This document shows positions 43,237-57,119 of a stretch of 64,000 nucleotides of DNA, piece after piece. The notes beneath the pieces are model-generated. The model did no database searches. It saw only the letters and a program-made list of their open reading frames with translations, and was not told the DNA's origin. Location: the NCBI RefSeq assembly GCF_009914755.1, contig NC_060928.1; one strand, written 5' to 3'. Made by a program: the position numbers and the translations under genes. This stretch comes from the human T2T-CHM13v2.0 reference genome, Homo sapiens. Position 1 is the stretch's first letter, and every line of letters begins with the position of its first letter.

Positions 43237-43949
43237 TAAACAAAACAACAAAAGTTTTTCTGCCTTGTACTGTTATAGGAGCATTTTCTTTCTCCCTTCC
43301 AAAACATAAGTGAATGTAAAAGTAATCCCAGATATAGTTTTTAAAATGTTATAAACCCTACAGCCAGGGACTGAGAACATGCTGCACAGCTATTTTTCAT
43401 AGCCTGAGTCCTCCCTCTTTACTCTATGTAACTAGAAACTAAAGTTGAGCTGTTTGACATGAACTGGTCACAGGGCCCAGTGAGGTTGGTTCATTGTTGT
43501 GTATTTTCAAACATGTTGTGACTAAGCAGATTATAACCTACATGTGAACCAGAGGCTAAAAGGCCCTCCTGTGCCTCCTAGTTTCAGGTATTTTGGGCAT
43601 AAAAAAAATCTCAGAGATCTTTAATTCCCACAAAGCCCAGCAGCAAATAACATAGTCTAGAAGCAAAATAGCTTTGTGAGTTACCTGCCATAAATTCAGG
43701 TTCTGTATAAACCTGGGGAAATTGCATGGTGAACATGGAAGAAAAATAGATAATCAGATGAGCATATGTACTATTACAATATAAATACATAAATGATGTA
43801 TGATTAATTAGGTCCAGGTCTCAAAAGGAAAATTCAAGGTTACAAAGAAATTTTGTTCAATAGAAAGCACAAAATATGTTGGCAAAACAATTCTAATGAG
43901 ACCAGTAGCTAGGACAAACGTGAACTGGCTAAGTTCTACATGGAGAGCT

Positions 43950-44800
43950 CTTCTGATAAAAGGAATTGTTCACTGAAATGCTATAATAATGAAGCTATAG
44001 CCCTCTAACGATAGAGCCTGAAAACATAAGGCAAAATGTGCATATCTGTAGTGAGAAATGGGAAAATATATAATGGGAGATTTTAATATACATCTCCCAG
44101 AAACTGATGGATTAAGCAGACAAAATGAGCTAGGATGAGGAAGATTCGAACAAGATCAGCAAGCTAAACCTAATAGCTAAAAAAATAAACCAATACCTAC
44201 TAACATTTATGTGAGGTCATATAGTGAATATATCCCAGAGCCAGGATTCAAACATACATGTTTTACTACCACATCAAGAATATATGCTTTTTTTCCTATC
44301 TATAGGAACTATTTAAAATTGACCCTGAATTGGTTTACAAAGCAAATCTCAACCCAGTGCTCACATTTTACAGACTGTGCTATCTGATGACATTGCAAGA
44401 ACATTAGAAAGCAATAAGAAGGTAGGTTTAAAAGAATCAGATAAACTTTAAAACTCTGGGACACAGATAAGACATACACTTAGACGGAAATTTATAGCTT
44501 TAAATGTATTCATTTGTATTTAAATGTATTCATTAGAAAACATTCAAGAATTTAGAAAATGAACAAAAGAATAAATCCAAAGTAAGTAGAAGAAAAGAGA
44601 AATAAAAGACAAAACAAATGAAATAGAAAAAACACATCTGACCAACACATCTAAAAGCTGGCTTTTGAAAAGATACATCAAACTTCTGGCAAGCCTGATC
44701 AGGGAAAAGGGGAGAAAAAACTTAAAGCAACATGAATAATGGACAAGGATCTCATGACAGTTATTAGAGATTAAAAAGAATTCCAAATGTACTCTGAGAC
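43950..44800 (+). mobile_element. Highly diverged L1M ORF2 endonuclease-region remnant
   Basis: gggagattttaata (GDFN), ggaaatttatagctttaaatg, aaagctggcttttgaaaaga; A-rich + strand. Confidence 0.65.
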
Positions 44801-45304
44801 AACACAGAGCCTGTGAAAGGGAATCTGCAGGATGTAATTTCTGGGCCACTTTATTGACCATGGCTATATTTAAAGGAGTCCTGGGCAGGAGTCCAGAAAG
44901 GGGAGAGGACTGAAAACACTAAAAGGGCTGATGCACCCAGATAACAACACTGGCTCCCAGCTACACTGCATTTGTCTATTTCTATACATTATCTCATGGA
45001 TGCATATGGCTCTATGAAGTAGCCAGGAAAGGCACTGCCATCTTTGATTTACAGATGGGGAATTAAATTGGAGAAGTCCAGCCATTTGCCTCAGGTCTCA
45101 TGGCCACTGGAGGGTGGCACAAAATCTAGAACCCTGTATTTTCTGACTCCCATCCACGTAATTCCATATCACTGCACTGACACTCAGCTGTGCTGTGTTA
45201 ACCTGATTGTCACCTACCAGCATCAAGGCCTAACTGGATGTGAGTTCAAACCATGTTGTGCAAATACCAAGTATCTGAAAAACTGCAACTCAAAAATCAA
45301 ACTG

Positions 45305-48300
45305 AGAGGAGTAATGTCAGCAACATGGTAGAAGGAAGTCCTGATCCCTTTTTTCCCCAATAAGCATATCAATTCAGCAATAGTTCATGTACATATTCCC
45401 TTTGTAAAAAATCAGAAACTAATCAAAAGGCTCCTGCACCCCAGGAGAATGCAAAACCAGACTCACTAAAGCTGGTAGGGAGATTCAGAACACACTCTTG
45501 CCAAAGATGCTGCCCCTGGTGAAGTACCATATGATCATGAAGAGACCCCCTACACCAGCTTCAACCAGAGGAGGAAAGGAGTTAATCGGCATGTCTAGCA
45601 CCCCAAGTTTTCTAAGGGGGATGTCCCTAGAGGGCTAGCTTTTGTCTTGCTGCTGTTGGAGCTCTATAGGGTCCATCACAGTCTAGCCACTTGGAAGAGA
45701 ATGGAGGTGGAAACTTGGGCTGGTAGATACCATAGCTCCTCCTTGGCTCAGTGCAGAGTGAGCAAATGAAAACCACAGCTTCCTGCTTCTTACTGGGAGG
45801 AAATGAGTTGGTAGAGACCCCCATTACCTGGCCAGGCTCATTAATGGGGGATTCTCTTGTACAAGATCAGCCTGGGAAGACTGGGAGAGGTGATTGCTTT
45901 GTCTAATGCATGGACACCAACACAGAGAGTCAAAGAGAATAAAAATCAGGCAAAGATGTTCCAAACAAAAGAACAAGATAAATCTCCATAAATTGACCCT
46001 AATGAAATAGTTATATGATTTACCTGACGGAGAATAAAAATAACTCTGATAGAGTTGCTTACCAAGATAAAGAGAATAATGAATGAACAAAGTGAGAATT
46101 TCAACAGAGAGGATATATTTTTAAAGTACCAGAAGAAATCATGGACCTGAAAACACAATAACACAATAACTGAAATGAAAATTCACTAGAGGAATTTAAT
46201 AGAAAACTATATCAAGCAGAAGAAAGGATTAGTGAACTCAAAGACAGGTCACTGGAAATAATTCAGTCAAAGATGCAAAAAAGAAAAAAGAAGAGAGAAA
46301 GGACAAGAAGGCTTATTTAAAGATAATGACTAAGAAGTTCCCAAATCTGGAAAAGGAAATAAGCATGCAGATCCAAGAAGCCCTAAATACATCAGATAAG
46401 ATGAACCCAAAGAACCATACTGAGACAGATAATCAAATTGTCAAAGGTCAAAGACACAAAATTTTGAAAGCAGCAAGAGAAAAGCTATTTGTCACATATA
46501 AGAGAACCCCCTCATAAGACAATGAACATTTTCCAGCAGAAAACTTGCAGGCCAGAAGGGAATGGGATGATACATTCAAAGTGCTAAAAAAAAATGCCAA
46601 CTAAGAATACTATACCTGGGAAAACCCTCCTTCAAAAATAAAAGAAAGTTTGACTTCCTCTTGACTGATTTGGATGCCCTTTATTTCTTTCTCTTATCTG
46701 ATTGCTCTGGTTAGGACTTCTAGTACTACGTTGATGAAGAGTGATGATAGTGGGCTTTCTTGTCTTGTTCTAGTTCTCAGAGGGAATACTTTCAACTTTT
46801 TCCCATTCTACTGAATTTTTTCCATTCAGTAGAATGTGGGTTTGTCATAGATGGCTTTTATTGCATTGAGGTATGTCCTTTGTATACCAATTTTGCTGAG
46901 AGTTTTAATCATAAAGGGATGCTGGATTTTATCAAATGTTTTTTCTGTATCTATTGAGATGATCATGTGATTTTTGGTTTTAATTCTGTTTATGTGGTGT
47001 ATCACATTTATTTACTTGCATAGGTTAAACCATCCCTGCACCCCTGGTATGAAACCCACTTGATCATGGCGAATCATCTTTTTGATATGTTGTTGGATTT
47101 GGTTAACTAGTATTTTGTTAAGGATTTTTAGCATCTATGTTCAACAAAGATATTGGTCTTTAGTTTTCTTTTTTTGTTATGTCCTTTCCTGGTTTTGGCA
47201 TTAGGGTGATACTGCCTTCATAGAATGATTTAGGGAGGGCTCCCTCTTCCTCTATCTTGCAGAATAGTGTCAATAGGGTTGGTACCAATAAGGAACAGTC
47301 AGCAGAGTAAACAGACAACCCACAGAATGGGAGAAAATCTTCACAATCTATACATCTGATAAAGGACTAATATTCAGAATCTATAATGAACTCGAACAAA
47401 TTAGCAAGAAAAAAACAAACAATCCCACCAAAAAGTGGGCTAAGGACATGAATAGACAATTCTCAAAAGAAGATATACAAGTGGCCAACAAACCTATGAA
47501 AAAAAGCTCAAAATCACTAATTATCAGGGAAATGCTAATCAAAACCACAACGTGATACCACCTTATTCCTGCAAGAATGGCCATTAAAAAAATAGATATT
47601 GGTATAGATGCAATGAACAGGGAACACTTCTACCCTGCTGGTGGGAATGTAAACTAGTACAACCATTATGGAAAACAGTGTGGAGATTCCTTAAGGAACT
47701 AAAACTAGGAACTACCGTTTGATCCAGCAATCCCACTACTGGGTATCTACCCTGAGGAAAAGAAGTCATTATATGAAAAGGGTACTTGCACAGGCATGTT
47801 TATAGCAGCACAGTTCGCAATCACAAAAATGTGGAACCAACCCAAATGCTCATCAATCAACGAGCAGATAAAGAAACTGTGGTATATATATACAATGGAA
47901 TATTACTCAGCCATAGAAAGGATGAATTAATGGCATTCACAGTGACCTGGATGAGATTGGAGATATTATTCTAAGTGAAATAACTCAGGAATTGGAAAAC
48001 CAAACATCATATGTTCTCATTCATAAGTGGGAGCTAAGTTATGATGATGCAAAGGCATAAGAAGGACACAATGGACTTTGGAGATTCAGGAGGAAAGGGT
48101 GGGAAGGGGGTAAGGGATAAAAGACTACAAACTGAGTGCAGTGTATATTGCTCAGGTGATCGGTGTACCAAAATCTCATAAATCACTGCTAAAGAACTTA
48201 CTCATGTAACCAAACACCACCTGTTCACCAATAACCTATGGAAATAAAAAAAAATTTAAAACAACAACAACAAACAAAAATAAATGAAAGATTTTCCGAG

Positions 48301-48535
48301 ACAAACAAAAGTGGAGGGAGTTCTTCATCACTAGACCTGCCTTACAAGAAATGCTAAAGGAATTTCTTCAAGTTGAAATGAAAGGATGCTAAACAGCAAC
48401 AGGGTAGCCTAAAAGTATGAAACTCATTAGAAAAGGTAAATATATAGGCAAATATAGAACTAAATTACTGTAATAGTAGTGTGCAAATCACTTTTAATTC
48501 TAGCATAAAAGTTAAAAGACAAAAGTATTAATAAT
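45305..48535 (+). mobile_element. Old L1M 5'UTR/ORF1 region split by a younger L1PB insertion (46649-48274)
   Basis: ORF1-like peptides (KILKAAREK, gcaggccagaagggaatggg, ctagacctgccttacaagaaatgctaaagg) continue across the insertion. Confidence 0.8.
46649..48274 (+). mobile_element. L1PB-like insertion with 5' inversion (inverted part 46649-47289, sense part 47290-48274)
   Basis: Antisense ORF2 segment, then sense 3' end and A-rich tail; TSD caaaaataaa(a/t)gaaag at 46633-46648 and 48275-48290. Confidence 0.9.
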
Positions 48536-48537
48536 TA

Positions 48538-50996
48538 CAAGCATACCTCAGAGATATTGTAGGTTCAGTTCCAGACTACCACAATAAAGCAAATATTGTG
48601 ATAAAGCAAAGACACACAACTTTTTTTGTTTCCCTATACACATAAAAGTTATGTTTACACTATACTATAGTTTATTAAGTGTGCAATAATCTTATGTCTA
48701 AAAATACATACCTAAATTTAAAAATACTATTTTTCTAAAAAATGTTAACAATCACCTGAGCCTTCAGTGTATTGTAATCTTTTTGCTGTGAAAGGTCTTG
48801 CTCAATGTTGATGGCTGCTGACTGATCAGAATGGTCATTGCTGAAGGCTGGGGCAGCTGTGGCAATTTCTCAAAATAAGATAACAATGAAGTTTGCCACA
48901 TCGCTTGACTCTGTCTTTCACAAGAGATTTCTCTGTAGCATACGATACTGTTTGATACCATTTTGCTCACAGTAGAACGTCTTTAAAAATTGGAGGCAAT
49001 CCTCTCAAACTGTCACTGATCTATTAACTAAGTTCATGTAATATTCTAAATCCTTTCTTGTTATTTTAACAATGCTCACAGAAGTCTCATCCGGAGTAAA
49101 TTTCAACTGAAGAGACCACTTTCTTTGATCATTTCTAAGAAGGAACTCCTCATCCATTGAAGTTCTATCATGAGATTGCAGAAATTCAGTCACATCATCA
49201 GGCTTTACATTTCATTCTAGTTCTCTGTCTCTACATAGTTACTTCCTCATCTGAAATCTTGAACCCCTCCAAGTCATCCATGAGGGTTGGAATCAATTTC
49301 TTTCAAACTCTTATTGTTGTTTTTTATCTCCTCCCATAAATCATGAATCATGAATATTCTTAATGGTTTCTAGAATGGTGAATGCTTTCCAGAAGGTTTT
49401 CAATGGGCTTTGCCCAGATCCATCAGGAGAACCACTATCTATGGCAGCTATAACCTTATGAAATGAAATGTATTTCTTTTCTTTTCACCCTTATTGTGCC
49501 AAGAAATCTACTTCCTAAATAATAAGACTTCAAAGGAGAAATTATTCCTTGATCTATGAGCTACAGAATGAGTATTGTGTCAGCAGGCATGAAAACAACA
49601 TTACTCTCCTTGTACCTCTTCATCAGTGCTCTTGGGTGACCAGGTGGTCAGTAAGCAATAATATTTTAAAAGGAATCTCTTTTTTCTGAGCAGTAAGTCT
49701 CAACACTGGGCTTGAAAAAACAGATGTGCTATCATACAGGCTTTATTGCTCTACTTATAAAGCACAAGTAGAGTAGACTTCACACAATTCTTAAGGCCTC
49801 TAGAAATTTTGAAATGATAAATGGTCATTGGCTTTAACTTAAAGTCACTAGCTTTATTATCTCCTAACGAGAGAGTCAGCCTGTCCTTTGAAGCGTTGGA
49901 GCCAGGCATTGACTTTTACTCTCTAGCTGTGAAAGTCCTAGATGGCATCTTCTAATATAAGGCTGTTTTGTCTACATTGAAAATCTGTTGTTTAAGTTAG
50001 CCGTTTTCATGAATGATCTTAGCTAGATCTTCTGGATAACTTGCTGCAGCTTCTCCATCAGCGCTTGCTGCTTGTTATGTTATAGAGATGGCTTGTTTCC
50101 TTAAACCTCATGAAACAACCTCTGCTAGCTTCCAACTTTTCTTCTGCAGCTTCCTTGACTCTCTCTGGCTTCATAGAATTGAAGAGAATTAGGGCCTGGC
50201 TCTGGATTAGGCTTTAGGTTAAGGGAATGTTGTGGCTGGTTTGATCTTCTATCTAGACAACTAAAACTTTCTCCATATCAGCAGTAGGTTTGTTTTGCTT
50301 TCTTATTACTCATGTGTCACTGGAGTAGCACTATTCATTTCTTTCAATAACTTTTCCTTTGCATTCACAACTTGGCTAACTGTTCAGCACAAGATGCCTA
50401 GCTTAGGCCTGTCTCAAAGTTTTTGACATGCCTTCCTTGCTACGCTTAATCATTTCTAGTTTTTGATTTAACATGAGATATGCAACTCTTCTTTTCACAT
50501 GAACACTTAGAGGCCATTCTAGTATTGTTAATTGGCCTAACTGCAATATTGTTGTGTTTCAGCGAATAGGGAGGTCCAAGGATAGAGAGGGAAAGACGGG
50601 AACAGCTGGTTCTGGAACACAACCAGAACACATACAACATTTATTAAGTTCACCATCTTCTACGGGCATGGTTTGTGGTGCCCCAAAACAATTACAATAG
50701 CAACATGAAAGATCACTGATCACAGATCACCTTATCAGATATAATAAGAATAACAAATTTTGAAATATTGTGAGAATTACCAAAATGTGACACAGAGACA
50801 CGAAGTGTATTTTTTAATTAAGGTACACATATTTTTATAGATAATGCTATTACACACTTAATAGACTGTAGTATAGTGTAAACATAACTTTTACATGTAT
50901 TGGGAAACCAATAAATTTGTGTGACTTGCTTTATTCAATATTTACTTTATTGTGGTGGTCTAGAACTGAATTTGCAGTATCTCCGAGGTATGCCTT
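48538..50996 (-). mobile_element. Near full-length Tigger1 DNA transposon with decayed transposase; both termini are right-end copies
   Basis: TIR caagcatacctcagagata... at left and ...tatctccgaggtatgcct at right; minus-strand peptides MASKCSCEKKS and [19 protein letters not shown] resemble Tigger1/TIGD1. Confidence 0.92.
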
Positions 50997-50998
50997 CA

Positions 50999-51325
50999 TA
51001 ATGGAGCTGAAAAATTCCTATTGCCTAATGATGACATAGCCATTGTAAAGATGTAGTGTTAAACATTATCTTTTCTATGTTTAGCTACTTTAGGATACAT
51101 AAATATTTACCCTTGTGTTACAACTGCCCATATATTTTGTACAGTAATATGCTGTATAGGCTTGTAGCCTAACAGCAAAAAGCTATAGCATATAGCCAAG
51201 GTGTATAGTGGGCTACACAATCTAGGTTTGTGTAAGTACACTCTATAATGTTCTCACAATGACAAAATCACCTAACAACCCATTTCTCAGAATGTATCAT
51301 TGTCATTAAGTGACACACAACTGTA
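50999..51325 (+). mobile_element. Tigger3/MER7-like non-autonomous element lacking one end
   Basis: taatggagctgaaaaattcctattgccta...ctaggtttgtgtaagtacactcta...ttaagtgacacacaactgta. Confidence 0.75.
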
Positions 51326-51379
51326 TATCACAATTGAACTTGACCGTGGAGATCAATAAATAGTTGGCTGAATGAGTAC

Positions 51380-51675
<296 letters not shown>

Positions 51676-51704
51676 TGAGCTCTTTCAAGCCCAGCAATAC
51701 TTGT

Positions 51705-54700
51705 TTCAATTGCTATTATGAACACCTTTACATGCATAAACTAGAAAACCTAGAGGAGAAGGATAAATTCCTGGAAATATACAACTCTTCTAGATTAAAC
51801 CAGGAAGAAATAGAAACTCTGAACAGGCCAATAACAAGCAGCAAGACTGAAATGGTAAAAAAATTGCCAAAAAATGTCAAGGACAGATGGATTCACAGCT
51901 GAATTCTATCAGACATTCAAAGAAGAATCATATTAATCCTATTGACACTAATCTACAAGATAGAGAAAGAGGGAACCCTCCATAAATCATTCTATGAAGC
52001 CAATATCACCCTAATACCAAAATCAGGAAAGGACATAACAAAAAAAGGAAACTACAAACCAATATCCCTAATGAACATAGATGCAAAAATCCTTAACAAA
52101 ATACTAGCTAACGAAATCCAACAGCATATCAAAAAAATAATCCACCATGATCAAGTGGGTTTCATACCAGGGATGCGGGGATGGTTTAACATATGCAAGT
52201 CAATAAATGTGATATACCACATAAACAATTAAAACAAAAAAATCACATGATCATCTCAATAGATGCAGAAAAAGCATCTGACAAAATCCAGCATCCTTTA
52301 TGGTTAAAACCCTCAGCAAAATCGGTATAGAAGGAACATAACTTAATGTAATAAAAGCCATCTATGGCAAACTTGCAGCCCACATTCTACTGAATGGGGA
52401 AAAGTGGAAAGCATTCCCCCTAAGAACTGGAACAAAACAAGGTTGCCCACTCTCACCACTTCTATTCAACATAGTATTGGAAGTCCTAGCCAGAGCAATC
52501 AGACAAGAGAAAGAAATAAAGGGCATCCAAATCAGTAAAGAGGAAGTCAAACTATCACTGTTTGCTGATGATATGATCGTATACCTAGAAAACCCTAAAG
52601 ACTCCTCCAAAAAGCTCCTAGAACTGATACATGAATTCAGCAAAGTTTCAGGATACAAAATTAATGTATACAAATCAGTAGCTCTTCTATACACCAACAT
52701 CGACCAAGCTGGGAATCAAATCAAGAACTCAACCCCTTTTACAATAGCTGCAAAACAACCAAACAAAAAAAACCTTAGGAATATACCTAACCAAGGAGGT
52801 GAAAGACCACTACAAGGAAAACTATAAAACACTGCTGAAAAAAATCACAGGCAACACAAACAAATGGAAACACATCCCATAGTCAGGAATGGGTAGAATC
52901 AATATTGTGAAAATGATCATACTGCCAAAAGCAATCTGCAAATTCAATGCAATTCTCATCAAAATATTGCCATCATTCTTCCCAGAACTAGAAAAAAACA
53001 AACCTAAAATTCATATGGTAAAAAAAGGAACCCACACAGCCAAAGCAAGGCTAAGCAAAAAGAACAAATCTGGAGGCATCACATTACCTGACTTCAAACT
53101 ATACTATAAGGCCATAGTCACTAAAACAGCATGGTACTGGTATAAAAACAGACACATAGGCCAATGGAACACAATAGAAAATCCAGAATTAAAGCCAAAT
53201 ACAGCCAACTGATCTTTGACAAAGCAAAAAACAAAAAACATAAAGTGGGGAAAGGACACCCTATTCAACAAATGGTGCTGGGATAATTGGCAAGCCACAC
53301 GTAGAAGAATGAAACTGGATCCTAATCTCTCACCTTATACAAAAATCAACTCAAGATGGTTCAAAGACTTAAATCTAAGACCCAAAACCATAAAAATTCT
53401 AGAAGATAACATTGGGAAAACTCTTCTAGACATTGGCTTAGGCAAAGAGTTCATGACCAAGAAAACAAAAGCAAATGCAACAAAAACAAAGATAAATAGA
53501 TTGGACTTCATTAAACTAAAAAGCTCTGCACAGCAAAAGAAACAATCAGCAGAGTAAACAGACAACCTACAGAGTGGGATAAAATATTTGCAATCTACAT
53601 ATCTGAGAAAGGACTAATATCCAGAATCTATAAATAACTCACATCAGCAAGATAAAACAATCCCATCAAAAAGTGGGCTAAGGACATGAATAGACAATTC
53701 TCAAAAGAAGATATACAAATGGTAAACAAACATATGAAAAAATGCTCAACATCACTAATGATCACGGAAATGCAAATCAAAACCACCCTGTGATACCACC
53801 TTACTCTGCAGGAATGGCCATAGTCACAAAATAAAAAAGAACACATGTTGACATGGATGTCGTGAAAAGAGAACATTTTTACAGTGCTGGTGAAAATGTA
53901 AACTAGTATAACCACTATGAAAAACAGTATGTAAAGTTCTTTAAGGAATCTCCATATTGTTTTCTATATAGAACTACCCCCAATCCCACTACTGGGTATC
54001 TACCCTGAGGAAAATAAGTCATTATACAAAAAAGATACTTGCACACGCATGTTTATAGCAACAAAATTTGCAACTGCAAAAATATGGAACCAGCCCACAT
54101 GCCCATCAGTCAATGAGTGGTTAAAAAAAATTGTGATATATACATACCATGGAATACTACTCAGCCATAAAAAGGAAGAAAATAATGGCATTTGCAGCAA
54201 CTTGGATGGAATTGGAGACCATTATTCTAAGTGAAGTAACTCAGGAATGGAAAACCAAACATGGTATGTTCCCACTTATAAGTGGGGGCTAAGCTATGAG
54301 GATGCAAAAGCATAAGAATGATACAGTGGACTTTGGGGACTTGGGGCAAAGGGTGAGAAGGGGGTGAGGGGTAAAAGACTGCACACTGGGTACAGTGTAC
54401 ACTGCACAGGTGATGGGTGCACCAACATCTCAGAAATCAGCACTAAAGAACTTATTCAAGCATATAAGGTAACACATATGTTAATTAGCTATATTGAGCC
54501 ATTCCACAATGTATAGATATTTCAAAATATGTCACACATGATAAATTATAGTTTTTGATGTCATTAAAAATTATATTTAAGTTTTGTTATTTTGAAAGCT
54601 TTTTCACAGATCTTTTTCAGTTTTGTTTGTTTTTGAGCCTGTCTTGTACCTGGTTGCACTAAATATATAATAGTTCTCTCTTGTGAAAACCTTAAAAGCC

Positions 54701-54820
54701 TAGATTTGAACACATGTTCAATGATAATAATGATATAACAGAAAAAAGAACTTATTTCATGTAACCAGACACCACCTGTTCCCCAAAACCCTACTGAAAT
54801 AAACAAAACAAAACAAAAAC
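51705..54820 (+). mobile_element. 5'-truncated L1PB-like element (ORF2 plus 3'UTR) with a ~290-bp insertion near its 3' end
   Basis: ORF2 peptides in ORFs 51942..52232, 52477..52827 (LFADDM), 52889..53212, 53216..53557; 3'UTR matches the 47290-48260 copy. Confidence 0.95.
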
Positions 54821-56804
54821 ATTGTCCACGTCTCTGAACTCTAAATAAAACAGACTCAGAACATGGCTTCTGAGAATATCCCTGAGCCACTCCTGGTGTA
54901 TCCTGAGTTGTTCAACCCAATTCCTACTCTTGGGTTTTTCCCATCAGGCGTTTTTCTCAGGTTCAGTCCAGTGCTCTCTCAGTGCTAAAGTGGCCTGGGT
55001 ATGAATAGTGTGCACGGAAAAATAAATAGATCTGCTTCTCCTTTCCAAACCATCTACTGCAAATGCTTCCTCCCACTTCCTCCCAGGCAAATGGCTGGTT
55101 ATTTTAAATCTGTGTTCACATTTAGGTCCTCATCTTTCATCTTCCAGTTATTTAACCTTTTCTGGATTATTTCTATTTTAAAGAAACACCCACGCCCAGG
55201 AAATCTCCTAGAAGGGAATATTCAAAGTCATTCTCAAGTTCATTTGACAATCTTTCAAAAGTAGCATTATGTACATCTTAAAATAGAACACCGAATGTAA
55301 TGGAGTTTTGCTGAAATGATTACAGGGGACTGTAATAGATACTATAAAGTCAACTTACATTGACAGAATCTTTAACAGTTCTGAAAAGTGACTTCATATG
55401 CTTTCTCCTGTTCATTACCACAAGTCTCTGGGGGTATGAAGTGCAGGGATTATTGCCACTGTTTTACTAACAAGAAGTAGTGCAGCATTGCAGCTTACAG
55501 CACAGGCCCTGGTACCACCCTTTGGGCCTTGGCTTCTCTGTAAGAGTCTCATAGGGTGGTTTGTGGACTGTGTGAAGTCCTATGGGTTTGCCATTATGAG
55601 TAATGAAGAAACTGATCTCAGGGATGGTTTCTGACCTGTCTGAGGCTCCTAAGGAGGTCTTGGGCAGAGCTGGGTGGAACCCATGTCCTAAGCCTTAGGC
55701 AGGTGGCCCTGCCCTACACTGTCTTCCCAGGCTCTACTGCATCTCAGCCAATGCCCAGAACCTCTCCATGGAGTGAAGGGCAGCCTGCCTTGTTCCATGT
55801 CAGGTGGAACCAGACCCTTCAATTCACACCAACCAAGGGTGCTGGCTCCCAATTGGCCTGAGGGACACTCAGGATGTCACAGTTGTTTAAGAGCCTAGTG
55901 GTTATCTGCCTGCCAACAGCCAGGACAGGTGATGCCTCAAATTCCTATGGTCCTCCAAAATATGGCACGGGGTGACTCTTGCCCAGCAAACCACTCAGGG
56001 CCTCCAAGGAGTAGGGGACACTTTCAGGCCTGGAGAGCTTTGGAGTGTCCCTGGATCCTTCCCAAATGCCTCAGGAGCTTGCCTTGGGCTGCTTCCCCAT
56101 GGCATCCCATTTCCTGGTGAAGTCATGTTCAGATTTCAGTGTCAAGCAGATGTCCGCAGATGTCATTCTTCTGGAATAGTTTCCTGGACTTCCCTGGACA
56201 GAAAGCTTCCTCTCCCATATGGGCTTGCCATTAATATATCTTCTTGCCATCATCATAGCAGTCATTGTAACAGGTTAGTATTTAAGGAAATAGTTATTTC
56301 TCCCATTTGAAATGTGAGCCCTCCAAGGATCAAGATTGGGCCTCATTCTCCTGGACATGCAGCCCTATGGCTTGTATAGTGATGGTACTCAGACATATTT
56401 ATAGAGACGAGATGACTTAAATGGCAGTTACCACAAATGACTCCCTTTTCCTTCTGGAGAGGGCGTGGGCAGGTGTATGTATGAAAACTTCCACCCTTCT
56501 CCACCGCCCATTCAGTGTGGCCCAGGCACCAAAGGAATCTTCCGGAAAAAAATTTTCCCTCAGAATGATTATGACTAAAATGGCTTTCTGGAAACCAATT
56601 AGTAAAACTTTGAATCTACGAGAATCAAGGAGACTGGCAGGGAGAGACCAGGATTAAAGTCTTGGTGAGGTCCCAGCTAAGTTTAGTGGGGACAGAGTCA
56701 CACCCACGTTTGGCAGCCTTCTCCCTGCATGTTCTGGGAGTGGAGTGGAAAGCCTGATCTCAGTTGACATTATTATTTTTATCTCTCTCTCTCTCTTTTA
56801 GATT

Positions 56805-57119
56805 TCTTTTTATTGTTTGTTTATTTATTTATTTATTTTTGAGACAGTCTCACTCTGTTCCCCAGGCTGGAGTACAGTGGCACAATCTTGGCTCACTGCA
56901 ACCTCTACCTCCCAGGTCCTAGCGGTTCTCGTGCCTCAGTCTCCCATGCAGCTGGGACTACAGGCGTGTGCCACCATGCCCAGCTAATTTTTGTATTTTC
57001 AGTAGAGACGAGGTTTTGCCATGTTGCTCAGGGTGGTCTTGAACTCCTGGCCTCAAGTGATCCACCTGCCTCCGTCTCTCGAAATGCTGGTATTATAAGC
57101 ATGAGCCACTGCGCCTGGA
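56805..57119 (-). mobile_element. Alu
   Basis: Full Alu with (TTTA)n tail. Confidence 0.9.

Noticed and set aside
48764-50640. Tigger1 transposase as a TIGD-like domesticated gene
   Set aside because: Only fragments under 70 aa remain, with many stops and frameshifts
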